A stretch of DNA of 19,972 bases from Nitrospirota bacterium (GTDB lineage: Bacteria; Nitrospirota; Thermodesulfovibrionia; Thermodesulfovibrionales; JdFR-86), in NCBI GenBank assembly GCA_963721805.1, contig CAVRJY010000003.1, positions 1 to 19,972 of the forward strand, read 5' to 3'. Under the pieces are notes generated by a model. It was not told the DNA's origin, searched no databases, and saw only the letters and a program-made list of their open reading frames with translations. Made by a program: the position numbers and the translations under genes. The stretch's first letter is position 1; each line of letters starts with the position of its first letter. This document shows, one piece after another, positions 8,145 to 15,123 of the stretch.

Positions 8145-8174
8145 TTGCACACCGGGGCCGGGTTGCCTTATAAT
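8145..8174 (+). promoter_or_regulatory. Putative sigma70 promoter TTGCAC-N18-TATAAT
   Basis: -35 at 8145-8150 and perfect -10 at 8169-8174; the expected +1 falls on the ATG at 8181. Confidence 0.6.
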
Positions 8175-8180
8175 TTCAGG

Positions 8181-9092
8181 ATGGTGCGCAAGGAAACCGC
8201 GGCTGAGGCCAAAAGGAATTGGGAGTCGTTCTTCAACTCCGTTCTCAAACAGGAATGGTCCCGGGCCCTCGCGACTCTCGACGCCCTGAAAAAGCTCGAG
8301 CCCGATAACCCGCAGGTATATCTCAAGGCCGGAGACATCCTGCAGAGGACCGGCAAGCCCGCCGATGCGGTGGCGGCATACCACCAGACCGCACGCTGCC
8401 TCGTTAACGAGGGCTTCAACCATAAGGCGCTCGCAATATACAAGATCATCCAGCGCATCGCACCCGACGACCGCGAGGCCGCCACGAAAACCCGCGAGCT
8501 GCTCGTGGCCATCGAGCAGGAGCGGAGCCATTCCATAGCCGCACCCGCGGCCCCCGTGCCGGAGGGAGCAAGGCAGCCCCAGGCATGCAAGGCCGGGACC
8601 GAACCTTGCCCGCCCGACGAGCATTTCTCGGAGACGTGGGCATCCGACGTTCTCCTGCCGGCGGCCGGGAAGCCGGTGGAGCCGGGCGTCCCCGAAGCCT
8701 TCTCCGAGCTCTCGCAGGCCGAGTGGGAGCACCTGTCCTCAAATGCCCTGCGCAGGAGTTTCGAGGACAGCGAGCCGGTGGTGCTGGAAGGCGAGCCGGG
8801 GGATTCGATGTTTGTAATAATGTCCGGCAGGGCGCGGGTCTCGACCTATATGGGAGGGAAGACCATACTGCTTGCGGAACTCCGCGAGGGCGACCTGTTC
8901 GGGGAAATAGCCTTCCTGACCGGAAGGACCAGGACAGCGACCGTCACGGCGGCCGGCAGGCTCGACCTGCTGGAGTTCAGGCGCGAGGCCATGCAGCAGC
9001 TGCTTACCGACAACCCGGCCCTGACCGAAAAACTCGCGCAATACTACGCGCGCCGCCTCGACGACACCCTGAACAAGATCAGGGGAAGATAG
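8181..9092 (+). CDS. TPR-repeat + cyclic nucleotide-binding (cNMP/CAP_ED) domain protein
   Basis: TPR-like helices (WSRALATLDALKKLEPDNPQVYLKAGDILQRTGKPADAVAAY; KALAIYKIIQRIAPDD), a Pro-rich linker, and a cNMP domain EGEPGDSMFVIMSG...GDLFGEIAFLTGRTRTATVTA. No HTH follows. Confidence 0.88.
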   Translation: MVRKETAAEAKRNWESFFNSVLKQEWSRALATLDALKKLEPDNPQVYLKAGDILQRTGKPADAVAAYHQTARCLVNEGFNHKALAIYKIIQRIAPDDREAATKTRELLVAIEQERSHSIAAPAAPVPEGARQPQACKAGTEPCPPDEHFSETWASDVLLPAAGKPVEPGVPEAFSELSQAEWEHLSSNALRRSFEDSEPVVLEGEPGDSMFVIMSGRARVSTYMGGKTILLAELREGDLFGEIAFLTGRTRTATVTAAGRLDLLEFRREAMQQLLTDNPALTEKLAQYYARRLDDTLNKIRGR

Positions 9093-9113
9093 GCGCGAGA
9101 GCATCTGAATTTT

Positions 9114-9150
9114 AAAGGCCGGACGGGTCAACCCCATCCGGCCTTTTTAT
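9114..9150. terminator. Intrinsic terminator between convergent genes, probably bidirectional
   Basis: AAAGGCCGGA (9114-9123) pairs with TCCGGCCTTT (9137-9146), followed by a T tract. Confidence 0.75.
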
Positions 9151-9174
9151 TTGTGAACCTTTATAGCGCAGCCC

Positions 9175-10197
9175 CTACATCTTATGGCAGTAGAGGCAGA
9201 GGTCGTACATGCTGTCGGCCTTATAACGGAACAGCATCATCGAGTCTGAGGAATGCGGCAGGTGGCAGCTCAGGCAACCGAAGACCTTGCCGGGCCTGAG
9301 CGGGTCGACGCGTCCGCGCACCGGGTGTCCGGCGGACTGGAAGCCCACGACCGCATGGCCCTTGCGCTCGATATCAGGGTGGCACTTGCGGCACAGCAGG
9401 TTGCCCTTGCGCTCGAGCATGGCCTCGTTCTGCCCGGCATGCGGCAGGTGGCAGTCGGTGCACCGGCCCTCGGCCACCGGCTTGTGCTGAACCTTCTTCG
9501 TAAACTCCGCCTTGTCGTGGCAGCCGAAGCAGAGCTCCGAGCCGGGGGCGATCCGGAGCGCCTTGTTGGGCGAGCTATGGGGCTTGTGGCACGAAAGGCA
9601 CAGGCCGATGCCCACCGGAGCGTGCACTACGGCGCCGATGAACTTGGTCTTGTCATGGCAGTCGAAGCACAGATCGAGGGCCGGCTTCACCAGCATCTTG
9701 TCCGTGTCGGAGCTGTGCGGGTTGTGGCATGAGGTGCACATGTCCGCGGCCACCGGGGGATGCACGGTGGCGTTGACTATCCCGGCGCCCTTGATCTTGT
9801 CCACCTCGTGGCACATGGTGCAGATGTCGGGCTGGTTCAGGAGGTGATCGTTCGGGCTGGTATGCGGGTTGTGGCATGTCGTGCACATCCCGGAGGCCGC
9901 CGGGGAGTGCTTGAACTTCTTGCCGAGCAGGGCCGCCTTGTCGTGGCACTGGAAACAGAGGTCGGGGGGCTGGGCTGAGAGCCCCTTGCCTCCGGTGAAC
10001 TTGTGCGGTATGCTGTTTGCGTCCACCCCGGTGTGGCAAGCCTCGCAGCCCATCATGACGGCCGGGTGCACGGTCTTGCCCTCGGCCTTCTCGGGATGGC
10101 ACATCTTGCAGTCCGGGTTAGCCGAATAGGCGGCCAGCGGCATGGCGATAACGCCAAGCAGCATTGTCAGGATCACGAACAGCGTTTTACTCTTCAT
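9175..10197 (-). CDS. Multiheme c-type cytochrome, 13 CxxCH (paired-CXXCH repeat type), with signal peptide
   Basis: 13 CxxCH motifs counted; repeating H.P...G.CxxCH.PH....LL.....CxxCH units; signal peptide MKSKTLFVILTMLLGVIAMPLAAYSA; GGAGG RBS supports the ATG at 10197. Confidence 0.95.
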   Translation of the reverse strand: MKSKTLFVILTMLLGVIAMPLAAYSANPDCKMCHPEKAEGKTVHPAVMMGCEACHTGVDANSIPHKFTGGKGLSAQPPDLCFQCHDKAALLGKKFKHSPAASGMCTTCHNPHTSPNDHLLNQPDICTMCHEVDKIKGAGIVNATVHPPVAADMCTSCHNPHSSDTDKMLVKPALDLCFDCHDKTKFIGAVVHAPVGIGLCLSCHKPHSSPNKALRIAPGSELCFGCHDKAEFTKKVQHKPVAEGRCTDCHLPHAGQNEAMLERKGNLLCRKCHPDIERKGHAVVGFQSAGHPVRGRVDPLRPGKVFGCLSCHLPHSSDSMMLFRYKADSMYDLCLYCHKM

Positions 10198-10239
10198 ATA
10201 AGCCTCCATGTATCACTAGCCACTATGGCCAAACAGGAT

Positions 10240-12354
10240 TTATTTGTCGATATGGCACTGCTGGCACAGGTCGAAGACCCTGGTTATCTTGTAACGGGCC
10301 AGCTTGATCGAGTCCGAGCTGTGCGGGTTATGGCAGCTCGAGCAGCCGAAGGGCTTGCCGGGGCGCCGGGGGTCTTTGGGGCCTTCAAGCTTGTGGCCGT
10401 TGAACTTGAGCCCCGCAAAAGCGTGCTTCTTGCTGTCCCCGAACTCGTTGTGGCACTTCAGGCAGAGCTTGTTTTCGGGCGCCACGGTGAGCGCGCGGTT
10501 GTTGCCGGCGTGCGGCTTGTGGCAGTCCAGGCACATCCCGGCCGCCACGGGCGCATGCACGTTTTCCTTCGAAAACACCGACTCGCGGTGACAGTTGTAG
10601 CAGAGCTTAGGCACTTCCGCTACAAGCAGCTTGCGCTCGTCGGACTGGTGCGGCTCGTGGCACCCCATGCACTGCCCGATCGCGATCGGGCCGTGCACCA
10701 CCTTGCCGGAGAACTCCTCTCTCGCGTGGCACTTGAAGCAGAGGTTCGGCATGTCAGGGTTGAGCATCCGCGGGGAGTTGGACGAGTGCGGGCTGTGGCA
10801 TTCAGTGCACTGCCGGGCAGCGACCGGCGCGTGCACGACGCGCTTGCCCGAGAACTTCGACGCGTCGTGGCAGTTAAAGCATATGTCTTTTGAAAGCAGG
10901 AGCTTCTTTTCCTTGCTGTTGTGCGGGGCGTGGCAGTCGAAGCATTCTCCGGCCGCGACCGGCGGGTGGACCCACTTCTTGGTGAACTTGCCCTTGTCGT
11001 GGCACAGGAAGCAGAGGTTCTGGCCCTCGGCGCGTAGCATCCTCTTGTTGTCGCCGGAGTGCGGGTCGTGGCAGCCGGTGCACTTGCCCTGCGCGACCGG
11101 CGGATGAACGTTGTCCTTAATGAAATGGGACTTGTCGTGGCACTGGAAGCACAGCTCGCCGGACAGCGTGAGCTTGGGATTCGGGCTTGCGTGCGGGTTG
11201 TGGCACGAAAGGCACATGCCGGCCGCGACCGGCGGGTGGACGGTCTTTTTAGTGAACATGCCCTTGTCATGGCAGTTGAAGCAGAGCTCGGGGGCCTGCG
11301 CCACCAGGAGCTTCGGGTTGTCGGACTGGTGCGGGTCGTGGCAGCTCAGGCACATCCCGGCCGCCACGGGCGGGTGGGTGCTCTTGTTCTCGAACTTAGT
11401 CTTGTCGTGGCAGGTGAAGCAAAGCGCAGGGACAGCGTCGCGGACCATGCGCTCGTTGTCGCTGCCGTGAGGGTTGTGGCAGCTCGTGCACATCCCGGCC
11501 GCTACGGGCGGGTGTACGTCCTTTTTAGACGTGAATTTCTTCTGGTCGTGACAGTTGAAGCATATGTCGGCCTGGCGCAGCAGGTGGTCCTCTTTGCTGG
11601 CGTGCGGGAAATGGCAGGTCGTGCACATCCCGGCCGCCACGGGCGGGTGGGGGTGCTTGACGTCAGTGAACTTGGACTTGTCGTGACAGCTCAGGCAGAG
11701 CTCGCCGTTGTCCGCGGGCTTTATAAGGAGCTTGGGGTTGTCGGACTTGTGCGGCTGGTGGCAGCTCGTGCACATCCCGGCCGCCACGGGCGGGTGGACG
11801 CTCTTGCCCTCGAACATCGCCTTGTCGTGGCACTGCATGCAGATCGGATCGGCCTTCAGCAGGTGCTTCGTGTCGGTCGAGTGCGGGTTATGGCAGCTGG
11901 GGCACATACCGGCCGCCACGGGCGGGTGGACGTCCTTGCCGTCGGTGAAGGCCTTCTGATCGTGGCACGTAAGGCAGATGTTTTCCGAGATCAGGAGCTT
12001 GGGGGCCGCAGTGGAATGGGGGTTGTGGCAACTGGTGCACATCCCGGCCGCCACGGGCGGGTGGACGGTCTTTTTGGTGAACATGCCTTTGTCATGACAC
12101 TGGAAACAAAGCTCGGGCGGCTCGGCCGAAAGGCCTGGCTTGGCCGGGGTGAACTTGTGGGGGAAGGTCGAGAAGTTTACGCCGGTATGGCAGGAGGTGC
12201 AGCCCATCATCACGGCCGGGTGCACGTCTTTCTGGCTGGCCTTGTCCGGATGGCAGTCCTGACAGTCCACGGCCATTGCGGAAGTAGAGAGAAAAACCGC
12301 GAACGCCATTGCCAGGGAGATGCAAGCCGCCTTGATCTTTAGTGATGGTTTCAA
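10240..12354 (-). CDS. Large multiheme c-type cytochrome, 29 CxxCH (paired-CXXCH repeat type), with signal peptide
   Basis: 29 CxxCH motifs counted; 12 internal diheme repeats (CxxCH-DK..F....HPPVAAGM-CxxCH.PH); signal peptide ending AMA; TTG start overlaps the upstream TGA (TTGA). Confidence 0.95.
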   Translation of the reverse strand: MKPSLKIKAACISLAMAFAVFLSTSAMAVDCQDCHPDKASQKDVHPAVMMGCTSCHTGVNFSTFPHKFTPAKPGLSAEPPELCFQCHDKGMFTKKTVHPPVAAGMCTSCHNPHSTAAPKLLISENICLTCHDQKAFTDGKDVHPPVAAGMCPSCHNPHSTDTKHLLKADPICMQCHDKAMFEGKSVHPPVAAGMCTSCHQPHKSDNPKLLIKPADNGELCLSCHDKSKFTDVKHPHPPVAAGMCTTCHFPHASKEDHLLRQADICFNCHDQKKFTSKKDVHPPVAAGMCTSCHNPHGSDNERMVRDAVPALCFTCHDKTKFENKSTHPPVAAGMCLSCHDPHQSDNPKLLVAQAPELCFNCHDKGMFTKKTVHPPVAAGMCLSCHNPHASPNPKLTLSGELCFQCHDKSHFIKDNVHPPVAQGKCTGCHDPHSGDNKRMLRAEGQNLCFLCHDKGKFTKKWVHPPVAAGECFDCHAPHNSKEKKLLLSKDICFNCHDASKFSGKRVVHAPVAARQCTECHSPHSSNSPRMLNPDMPNLCFKCHAREEFSGKVVHGPIAIGQCMGCHEPHQSDERKLLVAEVPKLCYNCHRESVFSKENVHAPVAAGMCLDCHKPHAGNNRALTVAPENKLCLKCHNEFGDSKKHAFAGLKFNGHKLEGPKDPRRPGKPFGCSSCHNPHSSDSIKLARYKITRVFDLCQQCHIDK
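10533..12064. repeat. Intragenic repeats of the diheme module
   Basis: Identical 27-mer CACATCCCGGCCGCCACGGGCGGGTGG at 11351, 11624, 11771 and 12038, with variants near 10533, 11489 and 11903. It encodes HPPVAAGMC on the minus strand. Confidence 0.85.
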
Positions 12355-13457
12355 TTTTTCTGTTCCTTTGGCTGTTCTGTTTTCTGATCCTTAGGCTGAT
12401 CCTTAAGCTGATCTTTTGTCAAATCCTTTGGCTGCTTCTCGTCGTCGTATTTGATGTACTGGAATATCTGTATTCTCTTGTTGATCTGGTCAACGACGTA
12501 AATCTTGTCCTTGCTGTCTATAGCGATGCCGAACGGCAGGATGAACATGCCCGGATCGACGCCGTTTGAGCCGACGGACAGCAGTGTGTTGCCGTACTCG
12601 TCGAAGATCTGGAAGTTGGCGAACGCGGCGTCGATCACGTAAATGTGCCCCTCGGAGTCCAGTGCAATGCCCTTGGGCCGCGCGAACGTGCCGGCCTCGG
12701 AGCCCACGCCGCCGAAGGCTCGGATGAACTTGCCTTCGGAGTCGAATATCTGCACGCGGAAGTTACCGGAGTCCAGGACGTATATGCGCCCGTCCTTGCC
12801 CACCGCGACCGCATAAGGGTAGTTGAACTTGCCGTATTCCCGGCCCCGGCCCCCGAGCGTGAAGAGCTTCTTGCCGTCGTAGGTATAGGCCATCACGGAA
12901 TGCTTGAGCGCATCGGCTATGTATACGCGCCTTCTGGAGTCGTCGACCGCGATGCCCGATGGCCTGCTGAAATCCTCCGCGTCGCCGAAGGGGGTAGGCT
13001 CTCCGCTATCGGGGGTGAACAGCAGGACGCGCCGCCTGGCGGCGTCGCCGACGAAGATCCAGTCATCGGCGGTTATGGCTATCCCGGTCGCGCTCGTAAG
13101 GTTGCCGACGCCGATCGCGCTGTAGCGCTTCTTGCCGAAATCGTACAGATGGATGCGCCCGAGGTCGGTGACGAATACTTTGTCGCCCTTGACCGCGATG
13201 TATTCCGGCTTGCTGAAGCGGATCTCGCCCTCGGTGCCGAACATGAGGCTCTTAAACTTGTCCGCCCTCTCTCCCGTGGCGTCGAGGCTGCCAAGGATGA
13301 GGTCCACGAATTTGATGCGCGGCCTCTCTGGCGGGAACGGCCAGTAGAGTTCCGGGACGGCTTCCTTGGGCGGCGGCCCGGCGCAGGACGACAGCAGCAG
13401 GGCCATCGCGAAAAGTACAGTCGCGAACATCCGGCAAACCGTGCCGCTCCCCAGCAC
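12351..13457 (-). CDS. NHL-repeat (6-bladed beta-propeller) lipoprotein
   Basis: Lipobox LLLSS-C followed by LYWPFPPERPRIKFV; NHL repeats FSRPSGIAVD, FNYPYAVAVGKDGRIYVLDSGNFRVQIFD, FARPKGIALDSEGHIYVID, FILPFGIAIDSKDKIYVVDQINKRIQIF. Start is uncertain (13430, 13457 or 13481). Confidence 0.9.
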   Translation of the reverse strand: MLGSGTVCRMFATVLFAMALLLSSCAGPPPKEAVPELYWPFPPERPRIKFVDLILGSLDATGERADKFKSLMFGTEGEIRFSKPEYIAVKGDKVFVTDLGRIHLYDFGKKRYSAIGVGNLTSATGIAITADDWIFVGDAARRRVLLFTPDSGEPTPFGDAEDFSRPSGIAVDDSRRRVYIADALKHSVMAYTYDGKKLFTLGGRGREYGKFNYPYAVAVGKDGRIYVLDSGNFRVQIFDSEGKFIRAFGGVGSEAGTFARPKGIALDSEGHIYVIDAAFANFQIFDEYGNTLLSVGSNGVDPGMFILPFGIAIDSKDKIYVVDQINKRIQIFQYIKYDDEKQPKDLTKDQLKDQPKDQKTEQPKEQKN

Positions 13458-13567
13458 CCCTCTATCCGAATCGCATGACATGTTATGGACATATATTAAC
13501 CTAAAAGCGCCTATAAAAACACTCCCGCCCGGAGCCGGCGCAAGCGGCCGGAGCGCAAACTTTGTTA

Positions 13568-13597
13568 TTGACAAACCCCGGATACAATTGGTATAAA
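13568..13597 (+). promoter_or_regulatory. Strong sigma70-type promoter for the dsrH-dsrE-dsrF-tusA cassette
   Basis: TTGACA (13568-13573), N18, TATAAA (13592-13597) with an extended-10 TG; GGGAGGTG RBS before the ATG at 13658. Confidence 0.7.
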
Positions 13598-13657
13598 ACA
13601 TGATTCCCGTAACGATATTATGCCTAATGTATAAACCGCGAAAAGGGAGGTGAATTC

Positions 13658-13954
13658 ATGAAGTTAGGGATTTTTGTCAGCGACTTCTCACAAACCACGG
13701 ACGTGCTCAACAGGGTCAAGGCCGACAAACTGGGCTTGATCTTCGTAATGAACGGCGTCTATCACGCCACGCTGAAGGTAGACGGCAAACCCTGTCCTCT
13801 CCTGGACAAGACCGGGGGACTTTACGTCCTCAGCGACGACCTCAAGGCAAGGGGCATTGCCGAGAGCGATGTGGACAAGCGCGTAAAGGTCGTCAGCTAC
13901 GGAGACGTGGTCGACATAATGATGAACGAATACGAACAGCTCGCGTGGCTGTAA
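13658..13954 (+). CDS. DsrH/TusB-family sulfur relay protein
   Basis: 98 aa; LIFVMNGVYHA and LYVLSDDLKARGI...VSYGDVVDIM match the DsrH/TusB pattern; strong RBS. Confidence 0.75.
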   Translation: MKLGIFVSDFSQTTDVLNRVKADKLGLIFVMNGVYHATLKVDGKPCPLLDKTGGLYVLSDDLKARGIAESDVDKRVKVVSYGDVVDIMMNEYEQLAWL

Positions 13955-13972
13955 CAGGAGGGGTATCTTAAG

Positions 13973-14338
13973 ATGGGAACACTGACAATGGGAGTCTATC
14001 CGGGCCTCGTGGGCAACATGTCCTACGACTTCGCCCTGAAGCTCGCCGAAACAGCCGCGGATAAGGGCCACAAGGTCAATATCTGGTTTTCTGGCAACGC
14101 GACCGGCTCCGTAAAAAGCCAGCAGAAGCACCTGAAAGACTACTCCACGGGTGAGGTCCACCTGAAGGCCCTGCTTGCCAAGGGCGTGGAGATATGCACC
14201 TGCGAGGCATGCACCGTCGCACGCGGCATCGACAAGAAGCGCGGCGAGGGGATTGAGGGCGTCGAGTGGAGTTCGATGACCTGGTATCTCGTCAAGATCC
14301 ACGGCTCCGACCGTGTCTTGCATATAGGAGGCGAGTAG
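13973..14338 (+). CDS. DsrE/TusD-family sulfurtransferase
   Basis: ALKLAETAADKGHKVNIWFSGNA and GVEICTCEACTVARGI, with Cys at the DsrE catalytic position. Confidence 0.8.
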   Translation: MGTLTMGVYPGLVGNMSYDFALKLAETAADKGHKVNIWFSGNATGSVKSQQKHLKDYSTGEVHLKALLAKGVEICTCEACTVARGIDKKRGEGIEGVEWSSMTWYLVKIHGSDRVLHIGGE

Positions 14339-14341
14339 CCC

Positions 14342-14755
14342 ATGGCAAGTGAAATCAAACTCACGTTCCTCGTGACCAAGCCGCAGTACAAGGGCGAGAC
14401 CTCGCGCCTCGCCATCACGCACGCCATCGCATACCAGACCGTCGACGTATACCTCGAAGACGGCGACATGGTCACCCCTGCCCTCTGCTTCATGGGCGAG
14501 GGAGTGCTCGGCCTCACCAAGGGCCAGGACGCGATGGGCACCTACGGCATCACCAGCACCGAAAACCACATGAAGAACACCCTGCTCGTGGACCTCGACG
14601 TCTACGTCTGCAAGGAAGACCTCGACAAGTACGGCATTCCCGAGAGCGCCATGCCGAGCGCCGAGGAGATGGGCGCGGACAAGACGATCAACGTCGTGCC
14701 GTTCTCGAAGATGCAGGAACTCATGGACGGCTCTAAGCACGTCCTGGTCTTTTAG
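14342..14755 (+). CDS. DsrF/TusC-like (DsrE/DsrF family) protein
   Basis: FLVTKPQYKGE, LCFMGEGVLGLTKGQ, VYVCKEDLDKYGI, C-terminal HVLVF. Confidence 0.72.
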   Translation: MASEIKLTFLVTKPQYKGETSRLAITHAIAYQTVDVYLEDGDMVTPALCFMGEGVLGLTKGQDAMGTYGITSTENHMKNTLLVDLDVYVCKEDLDKYGIPESAMPSAEEMGADKTINVVPFSKMQELMDGSKHVLVF

Positions 14756-14792
14756 CGAACAATAAAAAAACCTTAGGGAGGACTTTTTTGTC

Positions 14793-15041
14793 ATGGGAAT
14801 AAGCGATAAGGCTCCGGATCAGACGCTGGACGTACTCGGGAGGGTCTGCCCCTACCCGCTCGTGCTTTCGAAAAAGACCATGGAGAAGATGGCCTCCGGT
14901 CAGATGCTGAAGGTCCTCTGCGACGCCCCGGCCTCGGCCGAGGATTCCCTGCCGCGCTGGGCCGAGAAGCAGGGCTATGCGTTCGAGTCCAAGAAGCTCG
15001 AGGACAAGGGCTACTGGGAGCTGTACATCGAGAAGAAGTAA
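14793..15041 (+). CDS. tusA: TusA/SirA-family sulfur carrier
   Basis: TLDVLGRVCPYPLV (CPxP motif), GQMLKVLCD, 82 aa; GGGAGG RBS. Confidence 0.9.
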   Translation: MGISDKAPDQTLDVLGRVCPYPLVLSKKTMEKMASGQMLKVLCDAPASAEDSLPRWAEKQGYAFESKKLEDKGYWELYIEKK

Positions 15042-15070
15042 GCTCCGGACTGCCGGGCGCACTTGATACT

Positions 15071-15108
15071 AAAAAGGGGAGAGGCCCGAAAGGGCGTCTC
15101 CCCTTTTA
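15071..15108. terminator. Bidirectional intrinsic terminator
   Basis: AAAAGGGGAGA-g-GCCC-GAAA-GGGC-g-TCTCCCCTTTT hairpin between convergent tusA and the thioredoxin reductase gene. Confidence 0.85.
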
Positions 15109-15123
15109 ATTTGGATATATTGC

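Noticed and set aside
10533..12064. Regularly spaced 27-nt direct repeats resembling a CRISPR array
   Set aside because: They are in-frame coding repeats (HPPVAAGMC) spaced about 130-150 nt apart or multiples of that, and there are no cas genes.
13458..13657. cGAMP riboswitch in the leader of the NHL-cytochrome operon; also the ORF-track extension of the NHL gene to 13601
   Set aside because: No GEMM consensus was found by eye on either strand. The extension runs through the divergent promoter and places the lipobox too far from the start.
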